From positions 34,375 to 98,374 of the forward strand of contig CAZLRV010000005.1 of the NCBI GenBank assembly GCA_964562175.1: a stretch of 64,000 nucleotides of DNA, written 5' to 3'. Below, in pieces: positions 9,108 to 19,253 of the stretch (position 1 is its first letter; the number at the start of each line of letters is the position of its first letter). The stretch comes from an uncultured Lachnospiraceae bacterium (GTDB lineage Bacteria > Bacillota > Clostridia > Oscillospirales > CAG-272). Position numbers and translations under genes: made by a program. Below the pieces are notes generated by a model that was given only the letters and a program-made list of their open reading frames with translations, did no database searches and was not told the origin of the DNA.

Positions 9108-9776
9108 TCAGCCCTCGGCAAGCTCGGAGCGGAAGCCCGCCGCCTCGCTGACGGGCAGGGAAAAGGTAATTGCGCCCGCAGGTGTACCCGCCCCCGCATT
9201 TTTCAGTATTGAACGCATTATATTCGCTTTGTCTGCGGTGCTTGCCACAATGAGAATTATCTCTTTTTCGTCGGCAAGTGATACGCTGTGGAATTTTTCG
9301 GCGTTCTTACTGCCGGTGCCCTTTGCGTGAAGCACCGTGCCGCCTCTTGCGCCCGCCGCACGCGCGGCATCCATTACCGTGTCCGTATGACCCTCGTTTG
9401 CTATTACTATTATAAGCTCGTTGTTGTAATCAAGCTCGGGCATTTTTCTCTCCTCCTTTACTCCCTTGCTGAGATAATCAAGCGTTTTTTCTCCGCCGAT
9501 GCTTTTCATCGGCACGGCTACGGTTATGCCGTTGCCGGGGGTATCTATGTATAATCTCATTTTTTGCTTTGCAATAAGCTTTTTTGTTTCGTCATCACGT
9601 GCCGGAAGCATAAATATCCGTCGCTCCTTCGACTCTATACCGAGCAGATCGAGCGTTTTTTTGCTTGCCGTGCCGTGACCGTATATCAAAAGCGAAACAT
9701 CAAGCTTCATTTCTCTGCAAATGTCGGTCATTATTTCCGTTCCCTCGGGGGAAATTATCGATATTACAAAATTCAT
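9108..9776 (-). CDS. tandem (fused) P-II-like signal-transduction protein
   Basis: 222 aa made of two roughly 100-aa halves with a P-II-like pattern. The second half reads ELIIVIANEGHTDTVMDAARAAGARGGTVLHAKGTGS...EKEIILIVAS. It sits immediately downstream of a DUF1538 permease, the usual genomic partner. Confidence 0.65.
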   Translation of the reverse strand: MNFVISIISPEGTEIMTDICREMKLDVSLLIYGHGTASKKTLDLLGIESKERRIFMLPARDDETKKLIAKQKMRLYIDTPGNGITVAVPMKSIGGEKTLDYLSKGVKEERKMPELDYNNELIIVIANEGHTDTVMDAARAAGARGGTVLHAKGTGSKNAEKFHSVSLADEKEIILIVASTADKANIMRSILKNAGAGTPAGAITFSLPVSEAAGFRSELAEG

Positions 9777-9785
9777 TGTACTGCC

Positions 9786-11318
9786 TCACTCCTCCCACAG
9801 CTCGACGATATCCACGTCCTCGAATATATCCTCGCCGACAGGCTTGGGAGCTTTTCTTGCGGTATAAACGAATCCCAATATTTGTATTGAGATGAGCGGC
9901 ATCATTGCGACCATGGCAACGAGTCCGAAAGCATCCGTCAAAACATTGCCGCCCAGCTGAGAGCAAGCACCTGTCATAAATTGCAACATGAATGTAGCCG
10001 TCATGGGACCGGATGCGACCCCTCCGGAGTCAAATGCTATTGCGGTGTAAATATCCGGCACGAAGAACGACAGCACAAGCGATATCAAATATCCCGGAAC
10101 CAAGAACCACATTATGGATATACCCGTTATCACTCGCAGCATCGACAGACCCATAGCCAACGATATTGCCACTGAAAGGCTTATTTCAATAGCCTTGCCC
10201 GATATTGCGCCTGCACTGACCTCCTCTATCTGCTTTTTAAGCACGCCGACGGCAGGCTCTGCGGATATTATGAACCAGCCCATCAGCATGGAAAGCGGAA
10301 TGAGTATATATTTTGTTTTGCCCTCGCTCAGCTCTTTTCCGAGAACCGTGCCGAGCGATGAAAAGCCGACGTTTACACCCGTTAAAAACAGCACAAGTCC
10401 GACGTATGTATAAAGGATTCCGAGAAATATCTTAAGCACCGACTTTTTCGGAAGCTTAAACGAAAACAGCTGGAATATCAAAAATATAACGACGAGCGGG
10501 GAGAGCGATATGGCTATCTCACCCATATATTTCGGCAGTGCGGAAAGGTACGCCATGCCTATGCTCACCGTATCGGTAAAGCTCGGGGTGTTATTCGATG
10601 AGGCGACACCGGTTCCGTTGTAAAAGAAACCAAGCACAAGCACGGCAAGTATCGGGCCTATTGAGCAGAGTGCCACAAGTCCGAAGCTGTCCGCTTCGGC
10701 TTTTTTGTCGCTTCTTATGTTTGCCACACCGACACCGAGTGCGAGAATGAACGGAACTGTCATGGGACCGGTGGTAACACCGCCGGAGTCGAATGCGATG
10801 CTTAAAAAGCTATTGTCGGAAAGAAACGCCAAAACAAATACTACTGCATAAAAAAAGATAAGCAGGCGGCGCAGCTTGACACCGTGAATTATTCGAAACA
10901 TACATATCGCCAAAAACAGACCCACGCCGACACCTACGGTGAGTATCAAAACGAGGTTGTCAATATGCGGCACCGTGTCGGCAAGCACCTGCAGATCCGG
11001 CTCGGAAACGGTTATCGCAATACCGAGTATAAAGCTGATGAGCAGAATGAACCACATTTTCCTCGATCTCGTAAGAGCCGTACCTATCTTAGAGCCGATA
11101 AGCGTCATCGACATATCGGAGCCGAGCGAAAAAAGCCCCGTGCCGACGATTATCATTAAAGCGCCTATCAAAAACGAAAGAAAAACATCGGCGTTTACGG
11201 GTGCGATGGAAAGACACAAAACGGCAACGGTGAGGATTATGGGCAAAACGGATATCGCCGACTCACGTATTTTTTCGGTGAGCAGTGCCTTTCGCTTGGT
11301 TATAACGTCACGTCTCAA
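9786..11318 (-). CDS. DUF1538 family polytopic membrane protein (putative transporter)
   Basis: 510 aa with an internally duplicated membrane domain. The motif FDSGGVTTGPMTVPF recurs as FDSGGVASGPMTATF. TTG start with the RBS ggagtg upstream. Confidence 0.75.
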   Translation of the reverse strand: MRRDVITKRKALLTEKIRESAISVLPIILTVAVLCLSIAPVNADVFLSFLIGALMIIVGTGLFSLGSDMSMTLIGSKIGTALTRSRKMWFILLISFILGIAITVSEPDLQVLADTVPHIDNLVLILTVGVGVGLFLAICMFRIIHGVKLRRLLIFFYAVVFVLAFLSDNSFLSIAFDSGGVTTGPMTVPFILALGVGVANIRSDKKAEADSFGLVALCSIGPILAVLVLGFFYNGTGVASSNNTPSFTDTVSIGMAYLSALPKYMGEIAISLSPLVVIFLIFQLFSFKLPKKSVLKIFLGILYTYVGLVLFLTGVNVGFSSLGTVLGKELSEGKTKYILIPLSMLMGWFIISAEPAVGVLKKQIEEVSAGAISGKAIEISLSVAISLAMGLSMLRVITGISIMWFLVPGYLISLVLSFFVPDIYTAIAFDSGGVASGPMTATFMLQFMTGACSQLGGNVLTDAFGLVAMVAMMPLISIQILGFVYTARKAPKPVGEDIFEDVDIVELWEE

Positions 11319-11573
11319 TTTTCATCACTCCATTCCATACATGATATTATATTGTAACACTCGTTGAGGAAAAAGTGTTGACCTGCAAGTAAATTTTCTA
11401 AAACCAAAGCGAAACACCATATCACGCAAGAAAACGAAAATGTGCGGAGTGTAAAATTATTATAAATATTTATTAAAATATATGACTTTTTAATCTTTTT
11501 ATGGTATTATATAATATCGGACGTGCAAAGACTCTGCGAAAGAGCAAAAAGGCACGTCGACGAAAAGGAGACG

Positions 11574-13406
11574 ATGTTGAAAAAAAACGGATACACGGCT
11601 TGCTTGGCTTGTATTTTGCTGCTTTGTATGCTTTTTGTATCTTGTACAAGCTCGAAAAGCAACGACACGTCGGCTATGTCGGAGGTTGTGACGGAGAACG
11701 CAAGGCCTCCCGATGATACCCAAGCCGAAAAGGAAAAGGTCAACTACATTAACCCGAAATTTTCCGTAAAGGGCGGTATGTACGACAGCTCACAGACGCT
11801 TGCTTTATCACTGCCGGAGGATGCTCCGAGCGGAGCGTATATAACCTACACGACAGACGGTGAGGAGCCGAGGGCAAGCGGTACACGTGCCGACAGGCGT
11901 ATCACCGTATGTGACAGGGCCTCGTCCTGTATTCGCGCCTCGTGCTTTTCCGAGAGCGGACAAAGGCTGGGCAGGATAGTCACGAATACGTATATATATG
12001 CCGAGGACGGCAGATTCGATACGGTCGTGATATCGCTCGTTGCCGCAAGCAACGATCTGTACGGCAGAGACGGCATCATCGCAAATCCCACAGGCTCCGG
12101 TAAGGAGTGGGAGCGAGCTTGCCATGTTGAAATGTTCACATCATCGGGTGAGGAAATGGTATCGCAGGATGCCGGTATCAGGATATTCGGCGGTTCCTCT
12201 CGTACTCTTGCGCAAAAATCGTTTCGACTTGTCGCAAGAGCCGACGGCTATTACGATGAGCTGAAATACAACGGTAACGGCTCGTTCGATTATCCCATAT
12301 TCGATGACAGATACGTTATCGAGGGAGAGAACAAGGGCAAGTTGCTCGAACGGTATGACCGTCTTATATTACGTAACGGCGGCAACGATTCAATGCAGCA
12401 TTATTCGCAGGACGGCGAGCTTATGACGCTCACCCGTGACGGCGTGGCAAACAATTTTGCCTTAAAATACGCCCCGAATGTACCTGCACAGGCATCAAGA
12501 CCGGCGGTCGTATATCTAAACGGCGTGTACTACGGTATACTCGATTTGAAGGAGGATATCAACGACGACTATTTTTCAAATCTTTACGGTATTGAAAACA
12601 AGGATGATATTACCATCATCAAGTCGGAGCTTGATACGACAAGGCAGTGCGAGTGGCACTATTCGCCGTCGCAGTGCAGATATTGCGGCGTTTGGTTCTA
12701 TTACGAGCTTGATGACGGGGCAGAGGGCGAGCTTGAGAGCTTTGATGCCATTTGTCAAAAGATCGTCAATTGCAACGAACGCGACAGAGGCTCGGTATAC
12801 AAGGAGCTTTGCAAAAGCTTCGATATCGATAATCTGATACAGTATACCGCCTTGAATCTCTTTGCCTGCAACACGGATTGGGGACACAACAACCTGAGGG
12901 TATGGAGATACTCGGGCACGCCCGACCCGTCAAATCCATATAAGGACGGACGGTACAGGTTTGCGATGCGTGATATGGATTTCTCCTTCGGCAGATATGA
13001 AAGCCACGCACTGCCCGAGCTTTATACAAAGTGCGATACGGATATGTTTTCGTTCACGCTGGGACGGTTTTATTCGGGTGCGGATGCGGGCTACGGCGAT
13101 CCGCTCTATCTTAAGGGCATTTTGAATTTCTGCCTGAAAAACGACGATTTCAGAACACGCTTTGAAAAATACGCCCGCTCGCTGTGTGAAAGCGATACAC
13201 TGAACGAGCTTATGCGTATAAACGATTCGTTTATCTCGTCGATAAAAGACGAAATACCGTACCATATAGAAAGATGGGCGGACACGATATCGTATAATAT
13301 GTCACCCGACTGTTGGAGCAGAGCTTGTACTCTACAAAGACAGTGGATAACGCAAAGAAAAGAATATTTCCTTGACAGCCTCGGCAAATGTCTGAAAAAT
13401 TATTAA
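11574..13406 (+). CDS. CotH-family (atypical kinase fold) lipoprotein with N-terminal chitobiase/Fn3-associated-like domain
   Basis: ATG at 11574 after the RBS aaaggag. Lipobox LLLCMLFVSCTSS. The CotH-like core is RLILRNGGNDS...RDGVANNFALKYAP...VVYLNGVYYGILDLKEDINDDYF...HNNLRVW. The N-terminal FSVKGGMYDSSQTLALS...ITYTTDGEEP resembles a CHB_HEX_C-type domain. Confidence 0.75.
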   Translation: MLKKNGYTACLACILLLCMLFVSCTSSKSNDTSAMSEVVTENARPPDDTQAEKEKVNYINPKFSVKGGMYDSSQTLALSLPEDAPSGAYITYTTDGEEPRASGTRADRRITVCDRASSCIRASCFSESGQRLGRIVTNTYIYAEDGRFDTVVISLVAASNDLYGRDGIIANPTGSGKEWERACHVEMFTSSGEEMVSQDAGIRIFGGSSRTLAQKSFRLVARADGYYDELKYNGNGSFDYPIFDDRYVIEGENKGKLLERYDRLILRNGGNDSMQHYSQDGELMTLTRDGVANNFALKYAPNVPAQASRPAVVYLNGVYYGILDLKEDINDDYFSNLYGIENKDDITIIKSELDTTRQCEWHYSPSQCRYCGVWFYYELDDGAEGELESFDAICQKIVNCNERDRGSVYKELCKSFDIDNLIQYTALNLFACNTDWGHNNLRVWRYSGTPDPSNPYKDGRYRFAMRDMDFSFGRYESHALPELYTKCDTDMFSFTLGRFYSGADAGYGDPLYLKGILNFCLKNDDFRTRFEKYARSLCESDTLNELMRINDSFISSIKDEIPYHIERWADTISYNMSPDCWSRACTLQRQWITQRKEYFLDSLGKCLKNY

Positions 13407-13423
13407 AACGGAGTGAAAATAAA

Positions 13424-14614
13424 ATGGAAAGACTTGTTGGAACGATTTCAAGAGGCGTTAGAGCCCCTATCATCAGATCCGGAGACGATATAGCGACTAT
13501 CGTAGCCGAAAGCGTACTTGCCGCCGCAAAGTCGGAGGGCTTTGAGCTTCGCGACCGTGACGTTATAGCCGTTACGGAAGCGGTAGTTGCGAGAGCACAG
13601 GGCAACTATGCAAGCGTTGAGCAGATAGGCAAGGATATAAAGGCGAAATTTCCCGACGGAGATATCGGCGTTATATTCCCCATACTCAGCCGTAACAGAT
13701 TCGCTATCTGCTTAAAGGGTATCGCAATGGGCGCAAAAAAGATAACCCTTATGCTCAGCTATCCCGCGGACGAGGTGGGAAATCACTTGTTCGACGATGA
13801 GCTTCTTGACGAAAAGGACGTTGACCCCTACAGAGATGTTTTGGATGAGAAAAAGTACAGAGAGCTTTTCGGTTACGTTAAGCACCCCTTTACCGGCGTA
13901 GATTACGTTGAGTACTATAAGGAGCTTATAAAGTCTGTCGGCTGTGATGTCGAGGTCATACTCGCAAACGATTGCCGCACGATACTCAATTATACGAAGA
14001 ATGTCATAAACTGCGATATACATACCCGCAAGATGACCGCACGCAGACTCAAGAAGGCGGGTGCGGAAACGGTTCTTTCGCTTGATGAGATAATGACCGC
14101 TCCCGTTGACGGAAGCGGCTACAACGAGAATTACGGTCTGCTCGGCTCCAACAAGGCGACCGAAAACACGATAAAGCTTTTCCCCAGAGATTGCCAACCC
14201 GTTGTTGAGAAAATAAGAGCTATCGTAAACGAAGCGACGGGCAAGCACGTTGAGGTAATGATATACGGCGACGGCGCCTTCAAGGATCCCGTAGGTAAGA
14301 TATGGGAGCTTGCCGACCCGGTAGTTTCACCCGCATATACCGAGGGTCTTGTAGGACAGCCCAATGAGGTAAAGCTGAAATACCTCGCCGATAATGACTT
14401 TGCCGACCTTTCGGGAGATGCACTCAAGCAGGCAATTTCCGATTATATCAGAAACAAGGACGATAACCTTGTGGGTAAGATGGTATCACAGGGTACGACT
14501 CCCAGACGCTTGACCGACCTTATCGGCAGCCTTTGCGATCTGACCTCCGGAAGCGGAGATAAGGGAACGCCCATCGTATTGGTACAGGGCTATTTCGATA
14601 ACTACACCAAATAA
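13424..14614 (+). CDS. CofE-like (F420-0:gamma-glutamyl ligase family) protein
   Basis: ATG at 13424 after the RBS acggagtg. The track start at 13388 would overlap cotH. The N-terminus GVRAPIIRSGDDIATIVAESVLAAA...LRDRDVIAVTEAVVARAQG matches the CofE-family pattern by eye. Confidence 0.6.
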   Translation: MERLVGTISRGVRAPIIRSGDDIATIVAESVLAAAKSEGFELRDRDVIAVTEAVVARAQGNYASVEQIGKDIKAKFPDGDIGVIFPILSRNRFAICLKGIAMGAKKITLMLSYPADEVGNHLFDDELLDEKDVDPYRDVLDEKKYRELFGYVKHPFTGVDYVEYYKELIKSVGCDVEVILANDCRTILNYTKNVINCDIHTRKMTARRLKKAGAETVLSLDEIMTAPVDGSGYNENYGLLGSNKATENTIKLFPRDCQPVVEKIRAIVNEATGKHVEVMIYGDGAFKDPVGKIWELADPVVSPAYTEGLVGQPNEVKLKYLADNDFADLSGDALKQAISDYIRNKDDNLVGKMVSQGTTPRRLTDLIGSLCDLTSGSGDKGTPIVLVQGYFDNYTK

Positions 14615-14625
14615 GGTATCGAACA

Positions 14626-15513
14626 ATGATGAAAAGCATGACGGGCTACGGCAGAAGCCGCATGACGGTGAACGACCGTGATATTACCGTTGAAATAAAA
14701 GCCGTAAACAACAGATATTTTGAGTGCAATGTCAGAGTACCGAGAGCCTTTGCGTATCTTGAGGATAAAATAAAGTCCTATGTTCAATCGAGAGGAATAT
14801 CGCGAGGCAAGATAGAAATATTCGTTTCGGTGGAAATGCCGCAGACAAAGGGCGTTATACTCTCTTTGAATGAGGAATATGCCGAGATGTATATAGACGT
14901 TCTCAAAAAGCTGAGAGATCGCTTCGAGCTTAAAGACGATATAACGGTAATGAATGTCGCCGCCTGCCGAGATATATTCACGCAGAATAAGCCCGAGGAC
15001 GATCTTGAGGGCGAATGGGAAAACGTTAAGACAGTACTTTGCGCCGCCATAGAGGGCTTCGATAAGGCAAGAACGGAGGAGGGCGGCAGACTTCAAGAGG
15101 ACATTACGCAAAAGCTTGCCAAGATAAAGGAAAACGTCGAAAAGATCGCCCTCATGGGTGAGATCATGAACCGCTCATATGAAGCAAGGCTTTATCAAAG
15201 ACTGCGTGAGGTGCTTGACGAAAACAAGATAACGATGAACGAGAGCCGTGTGCTTACCGAGTGCGCCATATATGCCGACAGAGTTGCGATCGACGAGGAA
15301 ATAGTACGCTTAAAGAGCCACATAGAGGCTTTCTGCGAGTATATGAACGCCGAGGGAAGTGTCGGAAAAAAGCTTGATTTTCAGATTCAGGAAATGAACC
15401 GAGAAACGAATACGATAGGCTCAAAGGCTCAAAATTCCGATCTTACCAGACTCGTTGTCGATGTAAAGTGCGAGCTGGAAAAGATAAGAGAGCAAATACA
15501 GAATATCGAGTAG
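14626..15513 (+). CDS. yicC: YicC-family stress-induced protein (endoribonuclease-like)
   Basis: MKSMTGYGR...ITVEIKAVNNRYFE plus C-terminal DFQIQEMNRETNTIGSKA. It sits in the conserved yicC-remA-gmk-rpoZ order. Confidence 0.9.
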   Translation: MMKSMTGYGRSRMTVNDRDITVEIKAVNNRYFECNVRVPRAFAYLEDKIKSYVQSRGISRGKIEIFVSVEMPQTKGVILSLNEEYAEMYIDVLKKLRDRFELKDDITVMNVAACRDIFTQNKPEDDLEGEWENVKTVLCAAIEGFDKARTEEGGRLQEDITQKLAKIKENVEKIALMGEIMNRSYEARLYQRLREVLDENKITMNESRVLTECAIYADRVAIDEEIVRLKSHIEAFCEYMNAEGSVGKKLDFQIQEMNRETNTIGSKAQNSDLTRLVVDVKCELEKIREQIQNIE

Positions 15514-15520
15514 GAAAAAT

Positions 15521-15772
15521 ATGAAGCTGATCGATGTGGGATACGGCAACATGATAGCCTCAGAGCGTATCGTTGCCGTATGCTCCCCCGAATCCGCTCC
15601 CATAAAGCGGCTGATAAGCGAAGCAAAGGAGAACGGATATATACTTGACGTGACGTGCGGAAAGAAAACAAAGAGCGTTATCGTGCTTGACAACGATACG
15701 GTCGTTTTATGCTCGTATACCTCGCAAAAGGTATACAGTCGCGTGTCCGGCGAGGAATATGAGGGAGAATAA
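15521..15772 (+). CDS. remA: RemA/DUF370 family regulator
   Basis: 83 aa: LIDVGYGNMIASERIVAVCSPESAPIKRLISEAKENGYILDVTCGKKTKSVIVLD, closely resembling Bacillus RemA. Confidence 0.9.
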   Translation: MKLIDVGYGNMIASERIVAVCSPESAPIKRLISEAKENGYILDVTCGKKTKSVIVLDNDTVVLCSYTSQKVYSRVSGEEYEGE

Positions 15773-15787
15773 AAAATAGTTAGGAAA

Positions 15788-16408
15788 ATGGAAAATATGA
15801 AAAAAGGACTTCTGTTCGTTGTATCCGGTCCTGCCGGCTCCGGCAAGGGTACTGTTTTGAGCGAGTTATTTAAGGCAAGCGATGAATTTGAATATTCCGT
15901 ATCCGCAACAACTCGTTCACCTCGTCCGGGCGAGGAGCATGGAAAGAATTATTATTACATCACCCGTGAGGAATTTCAGGCACTTGTCGAAAAGGACGGC
16001 TTTGTCGAGCATGCCGAATATGTGGGCAATTGCTACGGCACGCTCCGCTCCGAGGTCGAGAACAGACTTGCCGAGGGCATAAACGTCGTGCTTGAGATCG
16101 AGGTTCAGGGTGCTATACAGGTAAAGGAAAAATTCCCCGAGGCGGTATTCGTTTTACTGCTTCCTCCGAACTACTCGACTCTGTCCTATCGCTTGCATAA
16201 GCGCGGCACGGAGAGCGAGGAGGTAATACAGCAAAGACTTTTACAAGCAAAGAACGAGCTGAAATACTTTGAGCTTTACGACTACGTTATAACAAACGAA
16301 AACGGAGTTATCGAGCCTGCCGTAAAGACACTTATGGCAATAGCCGATGCGGAAAAGCATAAGGTCAGCCGCACGGAAAACTTCGTTGAAGAATTTTTGA
16401 ACAACTGA
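15788..16408 (+). CDS. gmk: guanylate kinase
   Basis: P-loop VVSGPAGSGKGT, then SATTRSPRPGEEHGKNYYYI and EHAEYVGNCYGT. Confidence 0.95.
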   Translation: MENMKKGLLFVVSGPAGSGKGTVLSELFKASDEFEYSVSATTRSPRPGEEHGKNYYYITREEFQALVEKDGFVEHAEYVGNCYGTLRSEVENRLAEGINVVLEIEVQGAIQVKEKFPEAVFVLLLPPNYSTLSYRLHKRGTESEEVIQQRLLQAKNELKYFELYDYVITNENGVIEPAVKTLMAIADAEKHKVSRTENFVEEFLNN

Positions 16409-16423
16409 AAAGGAGCTTATGAT

Positions 16424-16708
16424 ATGATAAAGCCGTCGATAGAGGAGCTTACACAGCACGGAAAGTATAACAGATACGAGCTTGTTATAGCAACGAGCAA
16501 ATGCGCTCACCTCGTTACGGATGAGTACGTTCGCCAACGTACCGAGGCGGAACGCCGTATAAACAACAAAGAGAACAACGACCGCCCGCTTACCTCAATG
16601 ATAAATAAAGACCTGAGAGACGAAAAAGCCGTTAAAAACGCAATCAGAATGCTTTACAGCGGCGAATACGAGATAGTTAAGCCCGAGGATACCGAGGAAA
16701 ACGACTGA
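16424..16708 (+). CDS. rpoZ: DNA-directed RNA polymerase subunit omega
   Basis: 94 aa: PSIEELTQHGKYNRYELVIATSKCAHLV, located downstream of gmk. Confidence 0.85.
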   Translation: MIKPSIEELTQHGKYNRYELVIATSKCAHLVTDEYVRQRTEAERRINNKENNDRPLTSMINKDLRDEKAVKNAIRMLYSGEYEIVKPEDTEEND

Positions 16709-16710
16709 CA

Positions 16711-19230
16711 ATGCTCATCGCAACGCTCAGTATTCTTTCATTACCCTACGGCGTAAACGATAAATACGATTATATATTGGCAGACGAGGATGCGGGCGAT
16801 GTGTTCGATGAATCGGGCTTGCCCGATGTAGTGGGAATGTTCGCCGCAGTACCGTTCGGCACGGGCAACCGTGAAAGCGTGGGTCTTGTTTGCTCAATAT
16901 GCCGTAAGGACGAGGGACTAAGCACCGTAAAGGCAATGAAAACGATACATTTTCTCTATCGCAGAGAGTATTCCATCGGGCGTGAGTTGTATTCGCTTTG
17001 CCGATATATCGCATCGAATACGTTTTGCACGCTCGGCGATGTGGTGAAATGTGCGTTTCCCACTGTTCTTTTGGGACAGCTTGAGGATACCTACGAGGTT
17101 ACGCAAAAGGAGCCGTCGGGATTTAATATAAAGCTGCAAATGCTGTACGGGTATATATATTCCCACAAAAATTCGACAACGGCGGAGCTTTGCGCCGAGT
17201 ACGGTGGCGAGGTAAGAGATGCGTTGAGATATCTGCTCAATGAGGGCTATATACGCATTCAGCCGACGGTGAAAAATGTACCGGGTGTTAAGTATAAGTA
17301 TATATATTCTCTTGCCGCACCTGCGGAGGATATAATAAAAACCTCGAAAAGTCCCAGAGTGCGGGCACTTGCGGAATATCTATCCGAGGTCGGCTCGGAA
17401 ACTCGTGACTATATCAAGGATAAATTCTCGCTCGCCTCGCATGAGTTGAAAAAGCTCTGCCAAAAGGAAATATTGAGCTGTGAGCAGATAGAAGAATACA
17501 GAAATCCCTATATACTGTATGCAAAGCAAACAAAGCACGAGGACTCACCCCTAAGCGAGGAGCAAAGGGCGGCTTATGATAAGCTGAGTGAGTTGATAGA
17601 TACGGGCAAGCCGCAGGCGGCTCTGCTGTACGGTGTTACGGGAAGCGGAAAAACGAGAGTCATAAAAGAGCTGTGCGACAAGGTGATAGCATCGGGAAGG
17701 GGTGTTATAATGCTCCTGCCCGAAATATCGCTGACACCGCAATCAACGGCTATATTCTGCGCTTGCTACGGCGAGCGTGTTGCCGTGATACATTCATCGC
17801 TCTCCGTCGGTGAGAGGACAGATGCGTGGAAGCGTGTAAAACGAGGACTTGTAGATCTTGTCATAGGTACAAGAAGTGCGATCTTCGCACCGATGCCGAA
17901 CCTCGGAATGATAGTTATCGACGAAGAACAGGAGCATACCTACAAATCGGAGATGACTCCGAAATATCATGCAAGAGATGCGGCACGCTTCAGATGTGCG
18001 ACGAATAATGCGTTGTTGCTTCTTGCTTCGGCTACGCCGAGCGTTGAGAGCTTCTACAAAGCAAGCGAGGGTAAATATACGCTTGTTCGCATGATGAACA
18101 GATACGGCAACGCAAAAATCGCCCAAACAGTGCTTTTCGATATGCGGCGTGACGTGGCAAACGGAATAACAGACCCCATAGGCACGGAGCTTAAAAAAAG
18201 AATATGCGATAACAAGAGCAGGGGCGACCAGACGATACTGTTTTTGAACAGACGAGGCTATAACAGCTTTCTCAGCTGTAATAAGTGCGGTAATGTGCTT
18301 CTGTGTCCCAATTGCGATATATCGCTTACGTATCACGCAAATAAGTTTTTCCGTGCAGAGGATGCGATGAGCGTCGAGAACGCATATTCCGTCAGAGCCG
18401 ACAGCGGTTATTTGATGTGCCATACCTGCGGATATAAAACGAGCGTGCCGGAAAAATGCTCAAAATGCGGCTCGGAGCATATCGCTTATATGGGCTACGG
18501 CACACAAAAAATTGAAAATGATTTAAGAGAGCTTGACCCGACCTTGCGTATTCTTCGCATGGATGCGGATACGACGGGTGGCAAAAGCTCGTATGAAAAG
18601 ATACTCGGAACTTTCAGAGAGTCGGGAGCCGATGTTTTGCTCGGCACGCAGATGGTGACAAAGGGACACGACTTTCCCGATGTTACATTGGTGGGCGTGT
18701 TGCTTGCCGATTATTCGCTGTATGTGCAGGACTTCAGAGCAAACGAACGAAGCTTTTCAATGCTTACGCAGGTAATAGGGCGTGCGGGACGAGCGGAAAA
18801 AGAGGGCGTTGCGGTAATCCAAACATTCAACCCCGAGCATGAAATACTCTCGATTGCCTGCAAGCAGGACTATGATGCGTTTTACAAGGGCGAGATAGCG
18901 ATGCGACGTGCATTGCTTTATCCTCCGTTTTGCAATATGGCGGTGTTCACGTTTTCCTCGGAAAACGAGGGTATGGCATTGAAATCCGCGACGACGTTTT
19001 ACAACAGATTGTTGCAGCTTAACGAAAGCGAATACAAGGACGTTAAGATAATATATTTCGGCCCGTTTGAGGCTTCCGTTTATAAGCTCAAGCGAACGTA
19101 CAGAATGCAGCTTACCTGTAAATGCAAATTAAATAAGCGCACGAAAGAATTGTTTTCCGCCGTGCTTGGGCAGTGCCTGAGAGATTGCGGCAGAGGTAAT
19201 TCGATAAGCGTGGATATAGATCCGATGTAA
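16711..19230 (+). CDS. priA: primosomal replication-restart helicase PriA
   Basis: 839 aa with Walker A GVTGSGKT and a DEEQ box. The Cys-rich insertion is CNKCGNVLLCPNCDISLTYH...CHTCGY...CSKCGS. Confidence 0.95.
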   Translation: MLIATLSILSLPYGVNDKYDYILADEDAGDVFDESGLPDVVGMFAAVPFGTGNRESVGLVCSICRKDEGLSTVKAMKTIHFLYRREYSIGRELYSLCRYIASNTFCTLGDVVKCAFPTVLLGQLEDTYEVTQKEPSGFNIKLQMLYGYIYSHKNSTTAELCAEYGGEVRDALRYLLNEGYIRIQPTVKNVPGVKYKYIYSLAAPAEDIIKTSKSPRVRALAEYLSEVGSETRDYIKDKFSLASHELKKLCQKEILSCEQIEEYRNPYILYAKQTKHEDSPLSEEQRAAYDKLSELIDTGKPQAALLYGVTGSGKTRVIKELCDKVIASGRGVIMLLPEISLTPQSTAIFCACYGERVAVIHSSLSVGERTDAWKRVKRGLVDLVIGTRSAIFAPMPNLGMIVIDEEQEHTYKSEMTPKYHARDAARFRCATNNALLLLASATPSVESFYKASEGKYTLVRMMNRYGNAKIAQTVLFDMRRDVANGITDPIGTELKKRICDNKSRGDQTILFLNRRGYNSFLSCNKCGNVLLCPNCDISLTYHANKFFRAEDAMSVENAYSVRADSGYLMCHTCGYKTSVPEKCSKCGSEHIAYMGYGTQKIENDLRELDPTLRILRMDADTTGGKSSYEKILGTFRESGADVLLGTQMVTKGHDFPDVTLVGVLLADYSLYVQDFRANERSFSMLTQVIGRAGRAEKEGVAVIQTFNPEHEILSIACKQDYDAFYKGEIAMRRALLYPPFCNMAVFTFSSENEGMALKSATTFYNRLLQLNESEYKDVKIIYFGPFEASVYKLKRTYRMQLTCKCKLNKRTKELFSAVLGQCLRDCGRGNSISVDIDPM

Positions 19231-19253
19231 TATAGTGTTAGGAATTTTATAAA

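Noticed and set aside
17794-18423. 209-aa minus-strand ORF
   Set aside because: It lies antisense inside priA and is a shadow ORF.
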